A DNA stretch of 64,000 bases from positions 22,007,648 through 22,071,647 of the forward strand of contig NC_092673.1 of assembly GCF_964355755.1 (NCBI RefSeq), in the 5' to 3' direction. The position numbers and the translations under genes are program-made. Below, in pieces: positions 25,382-36,408 of this stretch. Source of the DNA: Antedon mediterranea. Taxonomy: Eukaryota > Animalia > Echinodermata. Position 1 is the first letter of the stretch, and every line of letters begins with the position of its first letter. Below the pieces are notes generated by a model. The model was given only the letters and a program-made list of their open reading frames with translations, ran no database searches and was not told the origin of the DNA.

Positions 25382-27594
25382 GTAGATTAAAATTTATATA
25401 GCGACCAAGTTTCTGCTAAGTTTGTTCTTTGGTAATATTTTTTTTACAGTTTTCCTCCGTTTTTCATGGGTCCACCTCTGGCCCGCCAAATTACACTGCC
25501 TAGACTTTTTCATTTTTTAAAATAAAACCAAAGATGTAACAAGTAGCAAAAATTTAAATTGTTAAATGGTCATGCTTAAGTACTGTATTGCTAATTAGAA
25601 AAACTGGTAGCACTAACAGCTTACTTTTCTGATCCCTTGTATTAAATAGTAATTGCATATTTTTTAAGCATGTATTACATCAGCAGCACCAAGTTGGAAT
25701 TGGTTTCAAGGGCAACGTGCCAGATTTCAAGCTATTATAAGCAAGACAGTTTAAGCACTTGTTAATTCACACTGTACTTGCAAAGCCATATAATTAGGTT
25801 TTAATGCAACAGCGTTCAAGCAGAACACGGTGTAATTCAACTCAATCCAAGTCAACTTTTTGTAATTGTTAGAATAAAATAAAGGATTAATTTCATGAGG
25901 ATACTATTTAGTTATTTATGTAGAAGTTATTAATGGAACGGAAATATTAATGCGCGCACGATGCATGCTGATATTTACAGTATAGCGGGTTATTTAAATT
26001 ATAAGAATCAACTTATTTTTCACATATTTAACTGTTAAACAATGAATAAAAATTATTGCAATAGGCCAATAATATTTAATTTGACATAAAATACAGTTTG
26101 TGACCTTACATTATAAAAACATAGGGAAAGTGTCTTTAATAAAAAAAACTGAAGATCTGCAGCAGAAGGCCAAATAGTCCGTAAATTGGAAACTAGAGAA
26201 ATATGTAACCATTTACAAAATGTAAGTTTAACACAGAACCATAAATAACAGGGCTGGCAAATTGTACACATAAACAATCCATAAATTCACAGCAGGTTGA
26301 TCAAAACAAAATAAATCAACTAACTTATTCACAGGTCAACTGATTGGGTCAACCAAATATTTTAATCGGTTAAAATCAAATGGCGTTATAACCGCAACCA
26401 TTTAGATGTTTTTAACAGTTATGCCGTTTCTGATGCAAAGAAATTTGTGTAATTTATTCACACGATTTATTAATTGGTTATTATTTTTTGCAACAGAAAC
26501 ATTTACTCAAGATCTTCACTGGACTTTGATAGTATGAAAGATATGTTTGGAATGGAGCAGATGTCATTAATGCCCAATAGGCCACGTACTTGTTGTGATT
26601 AGTTCATTGGTAAAAATAATTCAGAACAGAGAAGAAAGTTTAACCTTCGCCTTTTGATGATTGAAAACACATTGATGCAAGTTTCAAGAAGGTTCACCGA
26701 AAGGCTCCATTCTCAATTAAATCACCTGGCTATTAGTTAATTGCTTATAAGTACACAGATATTAATGTTTTAATTCAATAAACTTGCGAATCAAACATTA
26801 ATTAATTTACATATTACTCCTTTTGCAGTGGACCACATTTAAGGGAAAAAGTTTGATATACAGTACAGTCAGTATGATCATTTTAAAATGTAATTAAAAG
26901 TCCTAGTAATTTAATGTTGAGTGCATCTACATATTAAACAAGACAGTCCATTTTTAGAAGGCAGTGACAGATTTGGATCCTATCTTTGACATTGTAATTT
27001 CAAAATTGGACTCGGGGGCCCTATTGAAATTTTTGATACTGTACATTCTCTCATACTGTGTATTTACCATTTACAGATATAAAGTGTTACATAATCTTGT
27101 ATTTCATTGGTATTATACCTGTTTTGTATTAAAAACCAATTCAGCAATACCACAAGGTAGGGCATGCTGAATGTCCAGGATTAGATAAATGTCAACCAGC
27201 TGCTCAGAAGAAAGTGCAAATTGAAAAACAAATGATATGGACGCCTTTATACTTGAGTGTTGTAGAATGTCATGCAATATTAGCATACAATAACTTGTAG
27301 TAGCTGATCAGCTCGTCGCCAATGGAAAGCTCCAAGCTCATTTTGGCAGACAAACATTTCACCAACTTTTGCGTGAGCCTAGTATTAGTCTTATTGTATC
27401 GAATCAACACATATTCTTCACAAATTTGAAGAAAAAAATATTTTATTTATTCATATTTTCATTGAATGTGATTGGACGATTATCGACACACCCACTGTTG
27501 CATTTTGTGGATCCAGTAAATGAATAACAGATTATGTGCAAGTGCCTAGAAATTGAGTAAAAGGTCAATAAAGTATATACACTTTGACTCTTAA

Positions 27595-29185
27595 GGGTCT
27601 GTTTCTGCTGCATAACGCAATTTAACCGGTTATTTTAAAATAGATTAAAAATAGATAACAATAACAAGACCGCGTTTCTGCTCAATTTGTGCTCCGAAAT
27701 AACCGGTTAAATCTATGGGTGGTCGTCGAGCAAAACGTCATCATTACCCAAAATGCAATACACTCAGACGGAAGTAGTAAGTTGGCTGTTTGTTTACATC
27801 GACGTCAGTACACACGTGTGTGATATCGCCATCTTAAACATGGACCATAATAAAATGTTGTCTACAAGTTTTGTTTTTTGTAAAGCCTACTTACCATCGT
27901 TAATAAAATTAATTCTCATGGCGCCTTCAATAACACGGGGAGGGTCGTGCAGCGCCCGATCGCCTACGATAATTTTTATCTAGCCTAATTCCTCAACAAC
28001 AAAGGCGATGACACACGGCCCTTCCCAGCGAGCGCGGTCCTACAAAAAACCAAACGGAAACAAAAACGAGACTCAGAATGTTGCAATACCTACCAAACGA
28101 GAGTAGATAATTGTTAATTAATTATGAAACCCCAAATTTTATAGCAAAAATCGTCCTAAATGTTAAAAACAACGAGTTTAGCCACAAAAACTTAAATCAA
28201 ACGAGAGTATCCAAGTCATAGAATATCGCACGCACATAGTGCCTTTAAATAGAATAATGAGTATTAAACATTGTTTCGTATATTTATGTACTAACATAAA
28301 TAATAACACATTTCTAAGCTTAATAAAATCATATTTAATATATTATCAAAGGCTCTGATAACCTTTGTTTTCGGTCGATGTGATGTTTTTCTAAAAAAAT
28401 TATATGTAAAACGATCAAAGTAAGATTGTTCATTGTTCTCCTATGAAAGGCACTGAGGCCGTGCCATAAATACGCTCGTTTGGATTAAGTTTTTGTTGCT
28501 AAATTCATCGTTTATAACATAAATTCGGATGATTTTTGCTATAAAATTTGGGTTTTCATAATTAATTAACCATTATCTACTCTCGTTTGGTAGGTATTTG
28601 CAACATTCTGAGTCCCTTTTTTTTTTCGTTTTGGTGTTTAAATAGGCCCATCCATACCCTTCGCGAGCGTGTACCTAACGCCTCAAATTGCTTAGCTTGG
28701 GTAGTCCCCGGAACTCCACCCCAAATTTCTATTTTACTTTCGCAAAAATGCTCTTATTTATTATCTGTGATTCTTTTCTATTGCCTGCCATCCTTCCCCG
28801 TACTTTCTCTCCCCCCACAACTGAATAGCATATCTTGTGATTTCATTCATCCACATACATGTTCACTTCTTCGTTCGACTGTCAAAACCACGAGGAAAAC
28901 ACACATCGTATGCGACGGTATCTGACCCGGGGTCACAACTGTCAATCAAATAACCGTTATTTCTTGTTGCAGCTAAGAATTGCTCAGCGATAACCGGTTA
29001 AACGGCGTTCTAACACCGATTTAAATTGGTGTTTTTAACCGGTTATTTTGCGCTGCCTTTTAACCGGTTACCACAAATTTGTCCTGTTTCTGCTGCCAAG
29101 AAAATGGAGTTAATTTATTCACACCGATTTTAATTTATTCACACCGATTTTAACCGGTTATTTTCTATGCAGCAGAAACAGGCCC
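27595..29185. mobile_element. Non-autonomous PIF/Harbinger-like DNA transposon, copy 1 (1591 bp)
   Basis: TIR GGGTCTGTTTCTGCTGCATA / TATGCAGCAGAAACAGGCCC with TSD TAA (27592-27594, 29186-29188). Six subterminal AACCGGTT motifs; no transposase ORF. Confidence 0.9.
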
Positions 29186-29345
29186 TAAGTGAAAACAATT
29201 CCCATAACTTTTCCAAAACATAAAGTTAACAATACTAAAAACATTGACATGTTTCAGGCATTAACATTTATTCGAAAACACTTTCTTCATTCAAATTTGA
29301 CATAATTTGAAGTTTTTCAAAAACTTTTCAAAAACTAAAGTCTTA

Positions 29346-30808
29346 GGGCCTGTTTCTGCTGCATAAAAAATAACCGGTTAAAATCGGTGTGAATAAATTA
29401 AAATCGGTGTGAATAAATTAACTCCATTTTCTTGGCAGCAGAAACAGGACACATTTGTGGTAACCGGTTAAAAGGCAGCGCAAAATAACCGGTTAAAAAC
29501 ACCAATTTAAATCGGTGTTAGAACGCCGTTTAACCGGTTATCGCTGAGCAATTCTTAGCTGCAACACGAAATAACGGTTATTTGATTGACAGTTGTGACC
29601 CCGGGTCAGATACCGTACCGTCGCATACGAATACGATGTGTGTTTTCCTTGTGGTTTTGACAGTCGAACGAAGAAGTGAACATGTATGTGAATGAATGAA
29701 ATCACAAGATATGTTATTCAGTTGTGGGGGGAAGAGAAAGTACGGGGAAGGATGGCAGGCAATAGAAAAGAATCACAGATAATAAATAAGAGCATTTTTG
29801 CGAAAGTAAAAGAGGAGTTTGGGGTGGAGTTCCGGGGACTACCCAAGCTAAGCAATTTGAGGCGTTAGTACACGCTCGCGAAGGGTATGGATGGTCCTAT
29901 ATAAACACCAAAACGGAAACAAAAGGAACTCAGAATGTTGCAAATACCTACCAAACGATAGTAGATAATGGTTAATTAATTATGAAAACCCAAATTTGAT
30001 AGCAAAAATCATCCGAATTTATGTTATAAACGATGAATTTAGCAACAAAAACTTAATCCAAACGAGCGTATTTATGGCACGCCCTTAGTGCCTTTAATAG
30101 GAGAACAATGAACATTCTTACTTTGATCGTTTTACATAATATAATTTTTTAGAAAAACATCACATCGACCGAAAACAAAGGTAATCAGAGCCTTTGATAA
30201 TATATTAAATATGATTTTATTAAGCATAGAAATGTGTTATTATTTATGTTAGTACATAAATATACGAAATAATGTTCAATACTCATTATTTTATTAAAGG
30301 CACTATATGCGTGCGATATTCTATGACTTGGATACTCTCGTTTGATTTAAGTTTTTGTGGCTAAACTCATCGTTTTTAACATAAATTCGGACAATTTTTG
30401 CTATAAAAGTTGGGTTTTCATAATTAATTAACAATTATCTACTCTCGTTTGGTAAGTATTGCAACATTCTGAGTCTTTATTAGCGATGTAAGTAGGCTTT
30501 ACAAAAAACAAAACTTGTAGACCTGGAGACAACATTTTATTTTTTTAACATGTTTGAGTGAGATGTTCGGCGATATAATACACACGTGTGTACTCACGAC
30601 GTCGATGTAAACAAACAGCCAACTTCTACTTCCGTCTGAGTGTATTGCATTTTGGGTAATGATGACGTTTTGCTCGACGACCACCCATAGATTTAACCGG
30701 TTATTTCGGAGCACAAATTGAGCAGAAACGCGGTCTTGTTATTGTTATCTATTTTTAATCTATTTAAAAATAACCGGTTAAATTGCGTTATGCAGCAGAA
30801 ACAGACCC
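29346..30808. mobile_element. Non-autonomous PIF/Harbinger-like DNA transposon, copy 2, inverted relative to copy 1 (1463 bp)
   Basis: TIR GGGCCTGTTTCTGCTGCATA / TATGCAGCAGAAACAGACCC with TSD TTA (29343-29345, 30809-30811). Reverse complement of copy 1, lacking the segment at about 27908-28068. Confidence 0.9.
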
Positions 30809-31397
30809 TTACAGGACCTTGAAAAAGGGGCACACAGAAATGAATTTCCATATTGTACATTTCTATATCTTTTCTATAAAAAAATATATCGACCAACTGT
30901 ACATTGTACAATGAGCATTGACAGAACCTTCAACTGGTACACATTTATGATAAATTCAATATCATATACCTGTACAAAAAAATAACATTATAGGATAGAT
31001 TGTACATGTTTCCTCCTCAATGGAAAGCCTTTTAATATTATTAGAAATAACAAGAGAAAAGCATGTACGTTGAGAACAAGCACGCTACAAGATCAATTTT
31101 CTAGATGTTTCAACAAAGCCTTAAGCCCTAAAAGAAATAAATAAGTATGTACAGTATCAACATCTTTGATCAATGAAAAAATAATAATTACAAATTAAAA
31201 TCAACCATAAAGTCGGTCAGGTCAAGGAATATTATTTTCCTTCTAACTATAAGAATGTTAAGATGTTTTAATATACCTTGTTTTATTGAGAATTGCAATT
31301 ATTATAAAAAAATAATAAATACATTTTAGCAAAAAAAACAAGTTTGTTCTGTATTGTTGCATTGTTTTTTCTATAAACATAACTAAGTGTATCCTTG

Positions 31398-31666
31398 CAA
31401 GCCCGTAGCCAGGGAGTTCGTAGGGTTCAAAAGAACCCCCCTTTTTCCTTTCCCCTCTTTATCCTTTTCCCTCTTTATCTAGGCTACAGTACTAGGTACA
31501 GTAGGCCTAAATCTACCTTTAACCGGTTATTTTCTATGCAGCAGAAACAGGCCCTAAGTGAAAACAATTCCCAACTAAATCTACCTCCATGCTTCAGTTG
31601 CTTACGCTTGAACTTTCTCCTTTTTGTGAAAAAGAACCCTCTGTAAAAATCCTGGCTACAGGCTTG
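31398..31666. mobile_element. MITE with TIR CAAGCCCGTAGCCAGG / CCTGGCTACAGGCTTG
   Basis: 16-bp TIR with one mismatch; CCTTG on both flanks (possible 5-bp TSD); internal AAAGAACCC repeats. Superfamily uncertain (TIR is hAT-like). Confidence 0.7.
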
Positions 31667-32924
31667 CCTTGCCATTTGATATTTGAATTCATATCACATA
31701 CCATTGGTTATTTTCACCCTTTTCAATGGTTAAGGCTGGTTAATGGTTAATTAGAGAATTGTGTGAATATAATGGCAATGCTTAATGTATAGTATTCAGG
31801 ATACATATAATTTCTTAGATTCTCAGCCAAATTCTGAGCGGCTCTTTTTGCATGTTTAGCCTCCTATTAACATTTGTTACCTAATTATGAAAGTTATCAA
31901 TATACAGTAGAGTATATTCGATGATTGGGAGAACATTTTGTTGAATAAAACTGTCAATAGTTCCGCTCATGAAAATATTCTCCTCATTTAACTAATAAAC
32001 ATTGGTTGTAGCAAAGCGAAATCAAGCAGAAAGGTTTGAGATTAGATACAATTAATACTTTAATAAGGGTGAGAAATCCATTAACAAACACAAAGATTAC
32101 TGGCCTGAAGAAAGACTAAATCGCTCTTTTGCAAAATGCAATAATTGTCTTCTTATCTTTCAATCAGCAAACAAAAAAGATATAGATCAATAAATGTCTC
32201 AAATATTCGTTTCAAAGTTTAAATTTTAACAATAGGAAATAATCTTTAAATCATAGAGGTTCAGACTTGATTCAATTGAATAATGTAAATTCAATAAAGG
32301 TGTACAGTGAATTCTATAGACTATACCATACTGTCTACTTAATATACAACGTTCAAACTGACTGGGGCTACATTGTAGTTACAATTCAATAACACAATAA
32401 TAAAAGAAATTGAGTCAACACACAAATTAGCCTTGACTTTATAGTCAAAAGAATAAATAAAATTCCCACAGTTCATAAAGTTGTATGATATAAAAGTGTC
32501 CATTGGAAATAAATCATAAATTCTATATACTACTGTATACAGTAGTTGATTTGAGCGGTACACATTAATTAATAGGTAAAATATTGTTTAAAAAAGTAAT
32601 TATTGTTGCCATTTGATTTTTATTAATACACAATATAGGAAAAAAAATCTATATTTTCATGAGGACTTTTAACTGTAAGGTATTTACTCTGGTCCTCAAG
32701 TTTAACTGGAAACTGAGGAAATTTGAATTATAGGCCCTCCATAGACCCACGGCAGCCAGCAGTGCAGCGCCTACCCCTATCCCTATATACAGTATACTGG
32801 ATGGAAGTGTATTCTTTATAAAGAGGGTGATCAGTTTGAGGGAGTTTACGTTTAACCAAGGAGAGAACCAACACCTGTACATCAATTTCAATTAGTACGC
32901 TCTGCCCTTCTGGGCAAATATTAA

Positions 32925-33610
32925 GTTATCCTCATTCAGATTAGGTTATTTTAATTCAAATTGGGTTATCCTCATTCAAAACTAGGTTATACTCATTCAA
33001 ACTAGGTTATACAGTATACTCATTTCATGTTATCTTCATTCAAATTGGGTTACTAATTCTAACGGTGTTATACTCATTCAAACTAGGTTATATACTCATT
33101 CAAACTAGGATACAGTATACTCATTTCATGTAATATCTTCATTCAAACTGGATTACTAATTCTAACGGTGTTATACTCATTCAAACTAGGTTATATACTC
33201 ATTCAAACTAGGATACAGTATACTCATTTCATGTAATATCTTCATTCAAACTGGATTACTAATTCTAACGGTGTTATACTCATTCAAACTAGGTTATACT
33301 CATTCAAACAAGGTTATACAGTATACTCATTTCATGTTATCTTCATTCAAACTGGATTACTAATTCTAACGGTGTTATACTCATTCAAACTAGGTTATAT
33401 ACTCATTCAAACTAGGATACAGTATACTCATTTCATGTAATATCTTCATTCAAACTGGATTACTAATTCTAACGGTGTTATACTCATTCAAACTAGGTTA
33501 TACTCATTCAAACAAGGTTATACAGTATACTCATTTCATGTTATCTTCATTCAAATTGGGTTACTAATGGTGTTATACTCATTCAAACTAGGTTATACTC
33601 ATTCAAATGG
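32925..33610. repeat. Satellite with ~20-bp subunit (GTTATACTCATTCAAACTAG) and ~101-103-bp higher-order unit
   Basis: CTAATTCTAACGGTGTTATACTC recurs at about 33053, 33156, 33259, 33360 and 33463. Confidence 0.95.
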
Positions 33611-34176
33611 TATTCATACAATTATTATTTCACTGTCATCTCTACCAGTAAACCATTTTTACAGAAAAGGAGTAATACTACACTACTGTATTAAAAGTAT
33701 TTTTTATTTTTCTGTGATAGAATCAAGACGCCATTCAAACTGCATGGCGACTGCTCTGGCCTACAGCAATGTTTAATGATTTATGGAATCCTTTATAATA
33801 ATAACCTACTCTACTTGATTAAATTTGAACGTACTGTATTAAACATTTGTAATAAATAAATAGAAATATTTGTAAATAAAATTAGTTTTTTTTTATGGAA
33901 AGCAGCATTCTTTTGCGCGAGTCTAAAAAAATTTGAAGATACTATACCTACACACCACAAATAGCAACTTTGCAAGTACTACAGAAATTACGGACATATA
34001 CTGTACTCTCTCTGGTAACAAAGTAGCAGAAATCAATGTCGATGACCTATTCAAATACATTACTTTTGGGGGAAAACCGCCCTTCTTCCCTCACCTGAAA
34101 TGTATTCATAGGTTGACGCTTAAAAAGTTCTTTTTAATTTGGCCTTATTTCTATGATATTGAATCTAAACGAATTA

Positions 34177-35005
34177 CCGTATATTTCGGTGTATAAGTCG
34201 CACTTTTGACACGCAAATTTGACCTCTAAATTAAGGGTGCGTCTTATACACCGAACATAAATGCCTCACCACACAGAGTGTACATATCGTCACCTCGTTG
34301 GCTAGGCTAGGCCTAGCTACAGTGTACTAACGTAACGGCAACCTGCTTCTGCCTAGTTTTCAAGGCATTTTAGCGTGATGTTATACTAAATATGATGAAA
34401 AGATTTGTTTATTATGGAGCTGTTTTAGGCGCTCCGATAAAATTTCATTTGTAAACGTTTACGATTGGAATAGTATTTATTTATAGTTATACGCACGATC
34501 GCCGACCGCCGTACCCCCAGCGCAAGCCCTTCTTGGCGGCCACATGTTGTACGGTATTCGACTAGTATATTCTCCGGGTGATTATAGCATGGACCTAGCG
34601 TACACACTTCTTGGATACATAGATACTAATCGAATACGATTGTCCGTGAAAACGTGCGCCCTCTTGAAATGATCGAGCGAGGCTAGCCCACACACGTGCG
34701 TGTTACACACACGGTCATGCACTCGATGTTGCGGGTGCGAAACTCATGAATAACAAGTTAGAAACAACTTGTTGAGGCTGGCCGCGGCCGAGCCTAGGTA
34801 AGAAAAAACCTAAATAAAGGACGCCGTTGTAGATATAACAAAATATATTATTACAATAAGATTGATTACAATATATAAAAAACATTGTTTTGATGAAATA
34901 TAAGGTGCGTCTTATAAATCGACGATATAAAAAATACCGATATTTTACTCTCAGTTAGGGGGTGCGTCTTATACACAGGTGCGACTTATACACCGAAATA
35001 TACGG
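34177..35005. mobile_element. Tc1/mariner (Tc2/pogo-like) MITE, 829 bp
   Basis: Perfect 27-bp TIR CCGTATATTTCGGTGTATAAGTCGCAC / GTGCGACTTATACACCGAAATATACGG with TA TSD, and subterminal GGTGCGTCTTATA repeats. Confidence 0.92.
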
Positions 35006-35170
35006 TATCTACAACAGACTCATGTTACTGTATACAGGAATGAAGGAAGCTAACTAAGTCGTCAGAACCAGGACGCCTCTGCCGATCTAGTACAAGATAA
35101 TGACCAACATAAACAAAAAAATTTACCACTAAACAGTGTAATGCAATACTAATTACATGAACAATCTTAC

Positions 35171-35332
35171 CGTGAAATTATGTATGAATTCCCTGATTGC
35201 TAAAATTCCTGTACGTTTGCGTCTTCTGTACCTCTTGTTTGCAATACACTGCTCATCGCACCACTTTATTTCACACAGTGGAAATGTATGCTTGTTGTAA
35301 TTCACTCATCGTAGATCAACTAGTTCAATGAC
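35171..35332 (-). other. Candidate non-coding (5' UTR) exon, 162 nt
   Basis: Strong acceptor ttttctctctcttctcattgtattgtag and donor G|gtaaga; stops in all three frames near its 5' end. Confidence 0.4.
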
Positions 35333-36022
35333 CTACAATACAATGAGAAGAGAGAGAAAAATCAATAGAAACAGGAGTCGGGACTAACGCCTGTATCTCT
35401 CTGATTAATTATGTCTTTATATTGATTATTTCCAGCGTGGCAAAGCTACTTGCTAGCAACTGTATTCCTATTGGAATATAGCACATTGTGTAATGTTTAT
35501 CTTAACTCCTGATGAGCAGGTATATTGAGAATTCTGTTTCCTTTAATATATCACACATACTGGAATGTTTTTAAGGTAAACGTTTCCGGGTTGTGAGGTA
35601 GATGAGATGTATCCATGTCTGAGAATGTCAGGTATTCCAAGAAACTTTTATTATATAGTACAAGAGAACGTTAATTATGATACTTATTATTCTTTACGTA
35701 AATACTTAAATCTAACAGTGTAAAACAACAACAATATGTTTGAATAAACAAGAAATATTTCTTACAAAAAACGCCGCGTAACTTTTTGACTGGACAGTTG
35801 TAAGAACAGTCTTCATTAATCTAATATAATAGGTCGGTCAATCAAAACGCAAGTGAACAATTGGGACTTTACTTGTGATTTATGTCATTGGCCTAGCCTG
35901 TCAGCACTCACTCTCACTCAGATAATATTTATTTAGATAATAATGAATGAATATATACAAAATAGAAAAAAGATATTAAAGTGAACATAGATAAAGCAGT
36001 AATTGGTAGTCATTATTATCAT

Positions 36023-36063
36023 GGATCCCTTCTAGAAGTTAAAAACTTGTCTCGTAGGGACCC
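36023..36063 (-). other. 3' UTR stem-loop of the LINE (putative ORF2p recognition element)
   Basis: RNA GGGUCCCU-ACGAGAC-AAGUU-UUU-AACUU-CUAGA-AGGGAUCC forms an 8-bp outer stem (one G-U) and a 5-bp inner stem. Confidence 0.65.
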
Positions 36064-36408
36064 ATAACAAAACACATTACTAAAAAAATAAAAATAACCT
36101 AGAATATATAATTATATAATTTAGGATAAAAAATTACAGTATAATAACATAACTAACATCTTCTTTATAAAAATTATTTAAATTATATTTCAATAGTTTC
36201 ATGATAATTATAAATGAAATAACTACCGATATTGGTAAATGAAAAAAAAATATGTATACATAAATTATAATTCCAGTATATATATAGTATATACTATATA
36301 TACATTATATATAGTATAGATTAAAGATTGCAATAATAAACAACAACTAATATTTTGTGTAAGACATAAATAGTATATGAGTATAAATAATGATAATAAG
36401 CATATTAA

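Noticed and set aside
32925-33610. CRISPR-like array
   Set aside because: No unique spacers and no cas genes; eukaryotic satellite.
35505-35545. CTGATGAG as a hammerhead core
   Set aside because: No stem II followed by GAAA downstream.
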